NCBI GenBank assembly: GCA_037200305.1
Contig: JBBCGZ010000003.1
Coordinates: 85,657-149,656, forward strand
Reading direction: 5' to 3'
Source of the DNA: Bacteroidota bacterium
GTDB lineage: Bacteria > Bacteroidota > Bacteroidia > Cytophagales > Cyclobacteriaceae
DNA length: 64,000 nt
Made by a program: the position numbers and the translations under genes. Shown here piece after piece: positions 41,531 to 52,610 of this stretch (position 1 is the stretch's first letter; every line of letters begins with the position of its first letter). The notes beneath the pieces were generated by a model. The model saw only the letters and a list, made by a program, of their open reading frames with translations, did no database searches and was not told the DNA's origin.

Positions 41531-41981
41531 GGATGAGTCAGTCAAGCACGTTCGGCGGTTAAGTCAAGCCCTCGCCTTTCATTCACTCCAGATGCACGAG
41601 GCCGTTGCCCGAAGGGCCGGCATTCCAGGAACCGATCACAAATACCTCGGCTTCTTAATTCAGAAGGGCAGGATGACTGCGGGTGAGCTCGCAACACTCA
41701 CCGGCCTGACGACCGGCGCCGTGACCGGCCTGATCGACCGAATGGAAAAGAAAAAACTCGTGAAGCGACAATTTGCCGACGACGACAGGCGGAAAGTTTT
41801 CATTGAACCGAACACCGAAAACATCATGGCGCTCCTGGAACCGTTGTACAAGGAATTCAGAAGCAACACAGAAAAACTGATCGCTTCATTTTCACATAAA
41901 GAACTCAAAGTTCTCGAGACGTACTTCATGAAGTCGATCGAACTGATGACTGATGCGACAACTAAATTGAACAAGAAGTAA
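41529..41981 (+). CDS. MarR-family transcriptional regulator
   Basis: MTAGELATLTGLTTGAVTGLIDRMEKK..V.R...DDRRKV; its stop overlaps the next start (TAATG). Confidence 0.93.
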   Translation: MDESVKHVRRLSQALAFHSLQMHEAVARRAGIPGTDHKYLGFLIQKGRMTAGELATLTGLTTGAVTGLIDRMEKKKLVKRQFADDDRRKVFIEPNTENIMALLEPLYKEFRSNTEKLIASFSHKELKVLETYFMKSIELMTDATTKLNKK

Positions 41982-44194
41982 TGATATCCAAATTACGAGA
42001 CCTCGACAGGACCAGCATTGCAATAGCAGGCGGAAAGGGTGCGAATCTCGGTGAGTTGTGCAAGATCGAAGGAGTTAACGTGCCGGATGGCTTTTGCATC
42101 ACCGAGGATGATGACCTTACACAAATCTCTCACTTTGTTGATGAGCATACGCATTATGCGGTTCGATCGAGCGCGACCGCTGAAGATCTGCCAACTGCGT
42201 CTTTTGCAGGTCAGCACGACACGTACCTGAATATTATTGGAACCAATGAGATCGTAAAGTACGTTGCGATGTGTAGAGCATCGTTACATTCAGATCGCGC
42301 AATTGCGTATCGAAAACAAAATGGCTTCGATAATAAAAAAGTGAGTATAGCCGTGATCGTTCAGAAGATGGTGAACGCCGAGGTGTCCGGGGTCATGTTC
42401 ACCGCCGACCCTGTAACGTCGAACCGAAAGATAATTTCTATCGAGTCGACTGTGGGATTGGGGGAATCATTTGTATCGGGAACAGTGAATTCTAACAATC
42501 AACTATTAACAGAAAAACAAAAACTTGAGCTTGAGCAACTTGGCAGGAAGATCGAAAAACATTTCGGCGCTCCGCAAGATATCGAGTGGTGTTTGGCCGA
42601 CAACGAATTCTATATCGTTCAGAGCAGACCGATCACGACCCTCTTCCCGATTCCTAAACCACATGGCAATGAAAATCGTGTCTACATATCGGTTGGTCAT
42701 CAACAAATGATGACCGATGCGATGAAGCCGTTGGGACTTACGATGTGGCAAATGATCGCCTCAGCGCCGATGGCTCACGCCGCGGGACGATTGTTTGTTG
42801 ATGTGACTCCGGGATTGTCTTCCGTAAAAGGCAGGGAGAATTTAATGAACATGATGGGGCAGCACGATCCGCTGATCAAAGACGCACTCGAGACAATCAT
42901 CGAACGTGACTTTATAAAATTATTACCAGAAACCGAAAAGGTGGAGTTAAGAAGTTTTTCAGATATACCCCCCATCGAGAATGACCCGGGCATCGTTACC
43001 AACCTTATCATAAGATTACGAGCCCTTTCGAATGACCTTAAGAAGAACATCCAGTTTTATTCGGGAGTCGCGCTGTTCGATTTTATTCGGGAGGATGTTC
43101 GTCATTTCAGGGGAGTTATGCAGCAATCGAAGACTATGCAGGCTATCATGGCCGTGATCAACGCGTCGGCGTGGCTGAATAAAAACATAGAGGAATGGCT
43201 AGGTGAAAAAAATGTGGCCGACGTGATAACGCAATCTGTCGAAAACAATATAACCTCAGAGATGGGGTTGGCGCTGCTGGATGTTGCAGATAGTCTAAGA
43301 TCAGGTAAAAAGAGCAACGCTCTCGACAATTTTCTGGAGTGGTATGGAATGCGTTGTGTTGGCGAGATAGATATCACCAGGCCACGATGGGCGGAAGAGC
43401 CAGCCGAGCTTATGGCTTTGATTAATGCCAACATCAAGAACTTTCAACCCGGCGAAAGAAAACGAAGATTTGATCGAGGTCTTAACGCCGCGTTATTAAA
43501 AGAAAACGAAATCCTCGAACGTCTCGACGATCAGAAAGCTGCCGAGACGAAAGAGAAGATCAACCTGCTCCGGACATTTGCGGGCTTTCGTGAGTATCCA
43601 AAGTACATTATAATCCGGCAGCTATTCGTTTATAAAAAGGCATTGATGAAAGAAGCGGATCAACTTGTTAGCGATGGCGTCATTAATACCAGGGACGATG
43701 TTTATTATTTGACTTTTGACGACTTCCGCGAAGTTGTCCGTACCCGCAAAGCTGACTATGACCTCATTAACAAAAGAAAAGAAGAGTTTGAACATTTTGA
43801 AAAGCTCACCCCTCCTCGTGTCATTACGTCGGACGGTGAGATCATAAGAGGCAAATACAAAAAAGAAAATCTCCCGGCTAATGCGCTTGTCGGTCTCGCG
43901 GTCTCATCAGGAGTTGTGGAAGGACGAGCTCGCGTAATCACAAATTTCAGGGACGCTAATTTGGAAGAGGGAGACATCCTTGTTACCACATTTACCGATC
44001 CGAGCTGGACGCCATTGTTTGTATTAATCAAAGGTCTCGTTGCCGAAGTCGGGGGACTAATGACACACGGCGCTGTAATTGCAAGAGAGTATGGATTGCC
44101 AGCGGTGGTGGGTGTCGAGAATGCGACGGTGTTGATAAAAGATGGCACCCGGATAAGAGTGAACGGGACGTTGGGCTTTATTGAAATTATCTAA
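41981..44194 (+). CDS. rph: Rifamycin-inactivating phosphotransferase (RPH)-like protein, compact 737-aa form
   Basis: ATP-grasp motifs GGKGANLGEL, AVRSSATAEDLP, DIEW and QSRPIT; RPH-type middle domain YISVGHQQMMTDAMKPLG, GMRCVGEIDITRPRW and GFREYPK; C-terminal swivel His domain GGLMTHGAVIAREYG. Confidence 0.82.
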   Translation: MISKLRDLDRTSIAIAGGKGANLGELCKIEGVNVPDGFCITEDDDLTQISHFVDEHTHYAVRSSATAEDLPTASFAGQHDTYLNIIGTNEIVKYVAMCRASLHSDRAIAYRKQNGFDNKKVSIAVIVQKMVNAEVSGVMFTADPVTSNRKIISIESTVGLGESFVSGTVNSNNQLLTEKQKLELEQLGRKIEKHFGAPQDIEWCLADNEFYIVQSRPITTLFPIPKPHGNENRVYISVGHQQMMTDAMKPLGLTMWQMIASAPMAHAAGRLFVDVTPGLSSVKGRENLMNMMGQHDPLIKDALETIIERDFIKLLPETEKVELRSFSDIPPIENDPGIVTNLIIRLRALSNDLKKNIQFYSGVALFDFIREDVRHFRGVMQQSKTMQAIMAVINASAWLNKNIEEWLGEKNVADVITQSVENNITSEMGLALLDVADSLRSGKKSNALDNFLEWYGMRCVGEIDITRPRWAEEPAELMALINANIKNFQPGERKRRFDRGLNAALLKENEILERLDDQKAAETKEKINLLRTFAGFREYPKYIIIRQLFVYKKALMKEADQLVSDGVINTRDDVYYLTFDDFREVVRTRKADYDLINKRKEEFEHFEKLTPPRVITSDGEIIRGKYKKENLPANALVGLAVSSGVVEGRARVITNFRDANLEEGDILVTTFTDPSWTPLFVLIKGLVAEVGGLMTHGAVIAREYGLPAVVGVENATVLIKDGTRIRVNGTLGFIEII

Positions 44195-45258
44195 GCTAAC
44201 GTTAACTCTCCAGCAATAGATAAATTTATTTTATTCTTCGTCTCTTCGACGCCGTATTCTCCAATAAGAACCATCAGCTTCGTGAGCGCTGCTTCGGTTG
44301 TCATGTCAATGCCTGCAATGACACCGATCTCCTGCAACATCTTACTCGTCTCGTAACGTCCCTGCATCACCATACCGCCGGGACATTGTGAAACATTCAG
44401 GATCAACAATCCGCGATCGATGGCGCGACGAAGCATGTCGATGAACCACGGCGTTGTCGGTGCGTTACCGGAGCCGAATGTTTCCAGTATCAGTGCTTTC
44501 AATCCCGGCGTGTCGATGATCGACTGGACCGACGCTGGTTGGATCCCTGGAAATAATTTCAGGATCGATATTGAGCTGTCGAATTTTTTCAACAACTGGA
44601 GTTTCTCATCGGAAGACGGAGAATGGATCGAAGACGTATTATAATCGATCTTCACTCCTGCCGTTGCGAGAGGCGGGTAGTTGCCCGACTCGAATGCATC
44701 GAAATGCTCGCTCTCAACTTTCTTCGATCGGTTGCCACGAAGCAACTGGTAGTCGAAATAGATACAGACTTCGGGAACAACAGGATTTCCTTTGTCGTGG
44801 CGGCTTGCAATCTCGAGCGACGTAATTAAGTTTTCACGCGCGTCGGATCTTGGTTCGCTGATCGGCAATTGAGCGCCCGTCAGGATCACTGGCTTACGAA
44901 GTCCCTGGATCATGAAGCTCAATGCAGATGCGGTATATGCCATGGTGTCGGTGCCGTGGAGCACAACGAAACCCTCATGATCATTATAGTTGTCGAAAAT
45001 AATTTGCGCGATCATCGCCCAGTGTTGTGGATCGATGTTCGAAGAATCGACGGGATGTTCGAAAGAGATGACGGTAAGATCGAGGTAAAGATTTCGCAAC
45101 GTCGGCAGGTGTTCGAGTATCAATGAGAAATCGAACGGCACAAGGATGCCGCTGCTATCGTACGACATACCGAAAGTTCCGCCGGTGTAGATGATCATCA
45201 CCCGCGACTTCGGCTTACCCGGCGTAGCGGTATTAATTCTTAATTTTTTGTACGTCAT
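44191..45258 (-). CDS. ansA: Type I L-asparaginase
   Basis: IIYTGGTFGM, DSSN, HGTDTMAY, TGAQLP, RGNR, ETFGSGN, DMTTEAA. Confidence 0.93.
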   Translation of the reverse strand: MTYKKLRINTATPGKPKSRVMIIYTGGTFGMSYDSSGILVPFDFSLILEHLPTLRNLYLDLTVISFEHPVDSSNIDPQHWAMIAQIIFDNYNDHEGFVVLHGTDTMAYTASALSFMIQGLRKPVILTGAQLPISEPRSDARENLITSLEIASRHDKGNPVVPEVCIYFDYQLLRGNRSKKVESEHFDAFESGNYPPLATAGVKIDYNTSSIHSPSSDEKLQLLKKFDSSISILKLFPGIQPASVQSIIDTPGLKALILETFGSGNAPTTPWFIDMLRRAIDRGLLILNVSQCPGGMVMQGRYETSKMLQEIGVIAGIDMTTEAALTKLMVLIGEYGVEETKNKINLSIAGELTLA

Positions 45259-46024
45259 GTTTAAATAATCTCAACGCGTTCCTTGTGGTGATTGCCTGAA
45301 ACTCTTCTTTAGAGATATTCTTCAGCCCGATGATCTTCTCTGCAATGATCGGAATATACGAAGGTTCATTTCGTTTACCGCGATGTGGCACAGGCGCCAG
45401 GTATGGACTGTCGGTTTCCAGCACAAGGTTATCCAATTCAAGATCGGGTATGATCTTGTCGATGCCCCCATTCTTAAAAGTTGCAACTCCACCGAGGCCT
45501 AAATAAAATCCCATCGAAGTGATCTTGCGGGCTTGCTCAAGTGATCCGGTGAAACAATGAAACACGCCAGTGAGTCCATCGCCTAGCAGAGGTTCCAATA
45601 ATTCGATAGTTTCATCCATGGATTCGCGGCAATGAATGACGATCGGCAGTTTTAATTTCTTCGCCCAACCAACCTGGATCTTAAACGCTTCCTTTTGTTG
45701 TTCCCAAAAGGATTTGTCCCAGTAAAGATCGGTGCCCATCTCTCCTACTGCAACAAACTTTCTTTTGAACAACCATTCTTCAACGGTGTACAACTCTTTT
45801 TCGAAGTCTTTCTTTACCGATGTGGGATGCAGGCCCATCATGCTGATGCAGGTGCCGGGGAATTTTTCCTCCATCTCGAACATGCTGTCGACGGAAGTAT
45901 GATCTATGTTTGGCATGTAGATCTCTTTCACGCCGGCGTCGATGGCGCGGGCAATGATGTCGTTGCGGTCGGGGTTAAATTGTTCCGCAAAGACATGTGC
46001 ATGTGTATCAATCCAAAAATTCAC
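45233..46024 (-). CDS. TatD-family hydrolase
   Basis: IDTHAH, GLHP, VGEMG, IHCR, HCF, LETDSPYLAP. Confidence 0.95.
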   Translation of the reverse strand: MNFWIDTHAHVFAEQFNPDRNDIIARAIDAGVKEIYMPNIDHTSVDSMFEMEEKFPGTCISMMGLHPTSVKKDFEKELYTVEEWLFKRKFVAVGEMGTDLYWDKSFWEQQKEAFKIQVGWAKKLKLPIVIHCRESMDETIELLEPLLGDGLTGVFHCFTGSLEQARKITSMGFYLGLGGVATFKNGGIDKIIPDLELDNLVLETDSPYLAPVPHRGKRNEPSYIPIIAEKIIGLKNISKEEFQAITTRNALRLFKHDVQKIKN

Positions 46025-47033
46025 GAAGTGTTTTCTCTAACAGGTTGTCCTTAAAATAATTTTCCGTAAAGCCGGAATACTTGTTCACCCGATCAAGAGC
46101 AGCGCTTAGTGAAAATTCTTTTTCAGAAATCATAGGCGCTATCTTTTTCCTTTCAAGTTCTTTGGCAAGATACAACTGTTCCGTTTGTCCCGGCGTGGGC
46201 ACAAAGATCGCTTTCTTGTTCAGCGCTGCAAGGTCCATGATGGTGCTGTAACCCGATCGTGCTATTACGATTTCGGCGGCATTGACGAGGTCGTTAAGTT
46301 GTTGGGCAGGAAGGTGATTGAAGATAGGGCCGTTGGTTGCTTCGTGATGTGGAAGGCCTCGAACAATTTTATAAGAGGGATGTTCTTTGAGCTGAGCTGT
46401 AAGAAGAGAATCGAACGACGTTCGATAGGGCTCGGGGCCGGAGATCAACGCCAGCATTTCAAAAGGTGGCTCGTTTGTATCGGCTTTCTTCATCCTCGAG
46501 AGCGGACCAATAAATTTATGTGGGATGTTACTGATCGAGAGTTGCCCGCTTAACGCATGATTCGGAAGGTCAGGAATCCAACAGGCGTTAAAGCGAGTGA
46601 CCAGAAAGTTATTCTGTTTGTCAGCAATTTGTTTTAAGACAACAGGAAGTTGAAGGGACAACTGGTGGATCATGATGGCTGAAGGGATACCTTCACAATA
46701 GCAACCATAACGATTATCAGATATGATAAAATTTATTTTTTGATCGCGTACGATATCAGCAACCTGTGCGTGCTCTTTCCTGATAGTTGACAAAACACCA
46801 GGCGCTTTAGATAACATGTAAGCTATTAGCGGCAGCTTAGTCTTATAATCAATTCCATACGATGCTATCTCGAAGAACTTATTATTCGGAAATTCAATCT
46901 TAAGCAGATGTAAAGATGGTCCGCACCCCGCGATAAATACAGTATGACCAAGTTTTTGAATTTCATTAATAACGGGAATACATCGCGTCGCGTGGCCTAA
47001 ACCCCAATCCAACGGCGTAATGAGAACATTCAT
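46008..47033 (-). CDS. Glycosyltransferase (GT28-like)
   Basis: PLDWGLGHATRC, ISDNRYG, ARSGYSTIMDL, PTPGQTEQ. Confidence 0.88.
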   Translation of the reverse strand: MNVLITPLDWGLGHATRCIPVINEIQKLGHTVFIAGCGPSLHLLKIEFPNNKFFEIASYGIDYKTKLPLIAYMLSKAPGVLSTIRKEHAQVADIVRDQKINFIISDNRYGCYCEGIPSAIMIHQLSLQLPVVLKQIADKQNNFLVTRFNACWIPDLPNHALSGQLSISNIPHKFIGPLSRMKKADTNEPPFEMLALISGPEPYRTSFDSLLTAQLKEHPSYKIVRGLPHHEATNGPIFNHLPAQQLNDLVNAAEIVIARSGYSTIMDLAALNKKAIFVPTPGQTEQLYLAKELERKKIAPMISEKEFSLSAALDRVNKYSGFTENYFKDNLLEKTLREFLD

Positions 47034-47638
47034 AACACATGAAATGAATATCCGTTGGACAAGCAGCTATCGATAAACCTGGGCAACACATACGTAACAT
47101 TCTTCTCTGCTTTTACGCTGTCGTGAAACACGATGATGGAGCCAGGTCGAACGGCTTTCAAAGAACCGCGGAGGCATTTTTCGGAGTCGAGAGATCTGTC
47201 GTAGTCGAACGTTAACACGTCCCACATCACAATCTTGTAATCACTGAGCGATGAAATTTGTGACCGGGTTATTCTCCCAAATGGAGGACGAAATAATCTT
47301 TTTTTTGGCAATAGCGTCTGACACAATTCTGTATTGCGAACATATTCGGAAGCAGACGCCTTCCAGCCATTCATGTGATCGAAAGTATGATTGGCAATGA
47401 CATGACGGGCATCAACCACTTTTTTGAAAATGTCCGGGTTCTTACGAACGTTATCACCGATACAAAAAAAAGTTGCGTTGATGTTGGAGGCCTTCAATGT
47501 TTCAAGAACAAATTCCGTTGGACCTGGAACCGGCCCGTCATCGAAAGTGAGATAGAGATCTTTCCCGGCGGTATTGATCTTCCACAGCAGCGATGGATAA
47601 ATTATTGGAAGTATCGCAGGCGTTCGAAAGAACCTCAT
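47030..47638 (-). CDS. Polysaccharide deacetylase (CE4/NodB)
   Basis: LTFDDGP, ATFFCIG, NHTFDH, FRPPFG, IVFHD; the ATG overlaps the upstream TGA. Confidence 0.92.
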   Translation of the reverse strand: MRFFRTPAILPIIYPSLLWKINTAGKDLYLTFDDGPVPGPTEFVLETLKASNINATFFCIGDNVRKNPDIFKKVVDARHVIANHTFDHMNGWKASASEYVRNTELCQTLLPKKRLFRPPFGRITRSQISSLSDYKIVMWDVLTFDYDRSLDSEKCLRGSLKAVRPGSIIVFHDSVKAEKNVTYVLPRFIDSCLSNGYSFHVL

Positions 47639-48860
47639 GGATTCGACACTCTGCAACTCAGCAACGTAATGTCGTCGCGATAGCTATTGCGTCCTTTGAA
47701 ACCATCGAGTGCCACGATGATGTCCTGATGGATAGTCTTGAGATCTTTATCCTTGTTCTTTTCGAAAATAGTCTTGCAGGGAATTCAGTCCGAACTCCTG
47801 CCCGGCTTCATTCATCGTCTCAGTAACACCATCGGTATAAGCTAAGAGAGTAAAGTTTTTCAGGTCGGTAACAAACCCTTCGTTCATGAACGGCAGCGGG
47901 TGCATAGCACCTAAAACGTACTCCCGTCTTCGAGTAAGCGAAAGCCATGGTCGGGTGTGTAAAGAATTGGCGGGTTGTGACCGGCGTTCACATACACCAT
48001 GGTGTGAAGAGAAAGATCATACACAGCTCCGAAGAACGTAATGAACTTCTCACCTTTTGTGTTCTCCAATACCTGGTAGTTCAGGGCCTCCACGATCTCG
48101 GTAAGATTCGGTGTCTGTCGCAGCAGCGTGCGCAACGACGCCTGGAAGTTCGACATCATGAGCGCTGCGGGAATGCCTTTTCCGCTCACGTCGGCAACGC
48201 AAATGAGAAACTGGTTCTTGTTTATTGGAACATAATCGTAGTAGTCCCCCCCGATGCGGTCGTGTGGCAGATAGCTTGCCTCAACTTTGAGACGGTCGGT
48301 ATTCGGAAGTTTCTTCGGAAACAAGAACTGCTGCACATCGCTGGCGATCTCGAGCTCTTTGCGGAAGGCTTCCTGTTCGAGTTGATTTCGGACCAGCTTT
48401 TTGTTCTCGATTGCAACTATAATGATGTTACTCAGTGCTTGTATGAACTTGAGACTTTCTGCCTGTTCGTGGTCCGAAAGACTCTCGTCGAGCTTACCGA
48501 TAAAAATGAGTGCAAGCGTGTCCGTCTTATGAGCTACGGGTATCACCAGGTCGAACTCGTCGAAATCGCAGTTTTCGAACTCCGACATGTGGTGAATGTT
48601 CTTGATCAGCTTCACACGCTCGTCGAGACGGGTTTTGGAGTAATTTTTTTGCGTACCGAACTGTGCCTTGCAATTCCAGATCTCATCGAGAACGAAGAGG
48701 GCCATCTTGCGAAGGTTCAGGTTCGAGCGGAGGGTGAAATTGAAGATCTTGTAGAGCGATTCTTCGGGCAGATTGCTGTTGATCGCCTGGGTGATCTCCA
48801 GGAGAGCATTAGCTCCAGCTCCTTCTTTTCAACTTGTTTTTTTAACAGCAGCTCAGTCAT
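47635..48860 (-). CDS. PP2C/SpoIIE (RsbU-like) Ser/Thr phosphatase, split by indels
   Basis: ELEIASDVQ, IGGDYYD, ADVSGKGIPAALMM, NAGHNPP, YTDG, DDITLL. Confidence 0.88.
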
Positions 48861-48901
48861 ACAGGCCTCTAAATTAACAAATCCTGTCTAGAACCTTCGT
48901 T

Positions 48902-49983
48902 TCAAACTGCTCTTCCCTTCCACTCCGGTGAAAGGATCTGCGACATGAATCCGACCGAGATAACGTAAAAGGAGTAGATGAATTGTAACGCGAGGAAAGA
49001 AATCCAACGCCATTTTACCTGGAAGAATTTTGCAGCCGGGATCAAGAGCAGTGCTTCGACGAAAATCTTTTGCACCGGCGAGTATAATGAAAAGTTTCCA
49101 CGTGATGAATCCAAACAGGGCGCTGCAACCCATAGCGATGAATACAAGGTGAAATAGCCAAACTACCAACGCGAAGGCACGGGTTCCAAAGGAGATGTTT
49201 GACTTCCATTTACCAGCCCAACGCAATCGCTGTTTCAGGAAAGAGGTGACGAGGTGAAGAGGTGACGAGGTGACGAGGGAATCCGAAGAGTATAAGTAAC
49301 CTATAGAGTCTCTTGAGATCTTGCTAAGTTTATTCATCAGGGCTTCATCGTCGCCCGAAGAAACGTTTTCGCTGCCAGCAAAGCCACCAACTTCGATGAA
49401 TGTTTTTCGGCGGTATGATAAAGTTAGCACCGTTGCACATTGTTGGAAATCCTAACCCAAGAGTTGCGCCCCCGGTTACCGCGACGCTCACAAACTCAAG
49501 TGCCTGTAGTTGTGAAAAAAAAGTATCGTCTTCTTCTATCCTGACACCACCAACCATCATCTGGATCTTCGGATCCTGGAAGGCGAGGTTTATTTTTTGA
49601 AGCCATAAAGATGTAACGCGACAATCGGCATCGGTCGTCGCTATAATATCACCCTTCGCCGCATCGATTCCTGTCGTGATCGCCGCTTTTCTTGCCGGTG
49701 AAGAAGAAGGTAATACGTTATACGCTGTTGGCCGAAAATTATCCGTCGAATGATCGTCAACGAGAATCACTTCCCATTTGTCTGAAGGGTATTTGATTGT
49801 CGCGAGATCCTTTAAAAGATTCGGAAGGTTGGTTGCTTCATTACGAAAGGGAACGATCACGCTAATGAAGTTGAAGTGTAACTGATCCGGCTCACGAAGT
49901 TTCCTTAATCGCCTAAAGCCAAAAATCAGCAGCAATACCAATCCGCAGTAAATAGAAACGACAATTATAAGTAACTTGCCACG
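48902..49983 (-). CDS. Glycosyltransferase family 2 with C-terminal TM helices, split by indels; start approximate
   Basis: ISVIVPFRNE, VDDHSTD, TTDADC, CNGAN, SGDDE, QRLRWAGKW. Confidence 0.85.
49243..49278. repeat. Octamer tandem repeat (4.5 copies) inside the GT2 coding sequence
   Basis: GAGGTGAC GAGGTGAA GAGGTGAC GAGGTGAC GAGG. Confidence 0.75.
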
Positions 49984-49992
49984 AGAACAAAA

Positions 49993-50565
49993 ATGAATAA
50001 AAAACCGGCCAACGTGGCCCCCGGCGTCAAAGAAAAAATCATCATGGGCCTCGACCCAGGCACGAACGTAATGGGCTATGGTATCCTGTTGGTGAGGGGA
50101 CAAAATCTAACCCTTCTTCAGTTCGGCGTCATCCAGCTTTCGAAATACGACGAACACGAAGTGAGATTAAAAAGATCTCGAAAGAGTGCTAGCCCTCATC
50201 GAAGAATTTAATCCCGACGAAGTTGCTCTCGAAGCACCGTTTTACGGAAAGAACGTGCAGTCGATGTGAAGCTCGGTCGCGCACAGGGTGTTGCTATGGC
50301 TGCCTCGTTACACCGCGGACTGCCCATAGTCGAGTATGCTCCGAAAAAAGTAAAGCAGTCTGTTACAGGCAACGGCAATGCTTCGAAAGAACAGGTAGCT
50401 AAAATGCTGATGAATTATTTCAAACTGAAAGAGTTGCCCGAGCTCTTCGATGCCACCGATGCTCTTGCGGTAGCAATGTGCCATCATTACCAGAATGGTC
50501 CCGAGAAAAAGAAGAAGAGCTCGTGGGAAAGTTTTGCGAAAGACAATCCGAAACGTCTTAAATAA
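49993..50565 (+). CDS. ruvC: Holliday junction resolvase RuvC, split by indels
   Basis: [53 protein letters not shown]. Confidence 0.93.
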
Positions 50566-51680
50566 TTTTTTTGAGGAATAACTTCTGGTACAGGTCTATC
50601 AGCACCTTCGATTCATTTTCCCAATTCCATTTTTCCTCGACAAACCGACGACCCCTCGCTCCCATCTCGCCCGCTTCTGCCGGATGATCGAGCAACCACT
50701 GAATGGCATCGGCAATCTCTACCGGCTTCAACGGATCTACAACCATTCCGCTCTGTGCCTCATTTACGAAACGCGCCGACTCACCAAACTTCGAAGCGAT
50801 TACCGGCAAACCGGCAGCCATGTATTCGAACAACTTAATGGGATAGTTGGTGGTGTAACGTTCGATAGGATGCGGAATGATCATCCCGGCGCGCGAGTCC
50901 ATCATAAGTTCGATCACTTTGGAGAATTCCATCCACTGGATGTACTCGACAGGATAATGATTGACGATTTTATCGCGCAACGAAAGCGGCGAAAAGTCAC
51001 CAGCGAAGATCATCTTGAAACGTCCACCGGCGTTGGCGATCCTGGCTGCCTCAGCCATCTCGATTGCACCACGTGGATGACTTAATAGTCCAACATAGAT
51101 CACCTTCTTCGAACGCTGCTGATAATCACCTGATGGTCGTGGAAACTGCGAGACGATTGGAAAATTCCGGATCAATGTCGTCTTCTCTGGAGAAAATATT
51201 TTGCGATGACAGGTTCTGCCACGATGAGATGTTCGAACCAGCGACCACAAAGTTTCTCCAGCAAGTAATAAAACCATGCATATGGTTTTCGAAAAAACTT
51301 CGGGATCCAATGTTGATAAGAGATCTGCTGCGGTGTGTCTTCATGGGCATCATAAACGATGCGTCGTCCGCGAAGTCTCATCAATACGCCGATCCATAAA
51401 AGTTCGGAGTCGTGCAGATGGAAGATTGAATCAGGTGAACATTTAAGAGCACGCCGGTAGACGAGCCAGGGCGAAGTGATCAGTTTCCTCCACCCTTTCC
51501 GATGGCGGGCGACAGAAAGGATCTTTACGCCGTCGCGTTCCTCATCTTTGTCGTGAGGGACCACGAATGTAACGTCGAAGCCTGCCTGTACGAGTGACCT
51601 TGCTTCTTTTGAAAGATGCGGGAGTCGGTTGCGCGATGTCCCGCGTTGGCCATCATCACGATCTTTTTTGCACCCTCCAT
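50558..51680 (-). CDS. Glycosyltransferase family 4, split by indels
   Basis: [38 protein letters not shown]. Confidence 0.88.
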
Positions 51681-51682
51681 AT

Positions 51683-52570
51683 TTAAGCGCGTGTCCACGT
51701 TGGAGGCAGAAGATCTTTAGTGTTATAAAAGCGACTCGGGTACACCGGCTCTTTATTCGTGAGGTACGTGTTGTGAAACCATTTCGCAGGGGCGACAACT
51801 GTTTTATCCTTGAAGTCATTAAGCCACGCAGCCCACCAGCTAAAAGTGGAGTTGGCTATTACCTGATTTCGGCAGGCCGACATCAACAACAGGTCTTTAT
51901 AAGAATCGTCACCTTTATTGTGATCGATAAACGCCGCGTCCTTTAGGTGCGCAAGTTGTTGACGGCTCCATGCGATGTCGTCGGAGAAAATAAAGTAGCG
52001 GGGAGCGCTCACTTTTGCAGACATGGCACTGAGTGCACGTTCATAGTAGTCGAGACCCATCGGTTGAAAAAACGAACCCTGAACATAATCAGAGCGACGA
52101 ATATGAACGGCCACGCTGTCGCAAGACTTTATGGTCGATACGAGGTCCGCATTCTTCGGGTCGAGTTCCGTTGCGGGTGTGATCATCTTTCGAAGCTCGT
52201 CGGCAACGCCAATGAAGTATCGTTCGCTTTGCCAGTAACCCGATAAATAGATTGACGCCGGTAACGAGAAGAAATCTTCGTAAAAATGATAGTGCGGCTG
52301 GGCGAAGACATCCTTGCAATAAAAGTAATTCGTCCTCTTATTGATGTACCGGGAGACCGGATTGCTGCCGGTAAATTGGTGCACTTCGTCGCGGCTGGCT
52401 TCGGGAAGAGAGATCTGGAAATGACCGAGCTCGTACTTCCTGAATGGATGTTTTGTATAGGTATAAAGATCGGCTTTGAGGTCAACGCCTTTATGACGCG
52501 CGAGCGCATAAGCGGCGGCAAATTGAAACAACTGATTTCCCAGGCCACCCCTGAGGCGAACGATGATCAT
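51683..52570 (-). CDS. Alpha-1,2-fucosyltransferase family (GT11)
   Basis: GGLGNQLFQFA, GYWQSERYF, AVHIRRSDY, FSDDIAW, IANSTFSWWAAWL. Confidence 0.92.
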   Translation of the reverse strand: MIIVRLRGGLGNQLFQFAAAYALARHKGVDLKADLYTYTKHPFRKYELGHFQISLPEASRDEVHQFTGSNPVSRYINKRTNYFYCKDVFAQPHYHFYEDFFSLPASIYLSGYWQSERYFIGVADELRKMITPATELDPKNADLVSTIKSCDSVAVHIRRSDYVQGSFFQPMGLDYYERALSAMSAKVSAPRYFIFSDDIAWSRQQLAHLKDAAFIDHNKGDDSYKDLLLMSACRNQVIANSTFSWWAAWLNDFKDKTVVAPAKWFHNTYLTNKEPVYPSRFYNTKDLLPPTWTRA

Positions 52571-52610
52571 AAGTGCTTGCCAACCTTTATCTTGCGCCAA
52601 AATTAACCAA

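Noticed and set aside
41981-44194. Annotation as PEP synthase (ppsA)
   Set aside because: The His domain is C-terminal and there is no pyruvate-binding TIM barrel; the middle-domain motifs are RPH-type.
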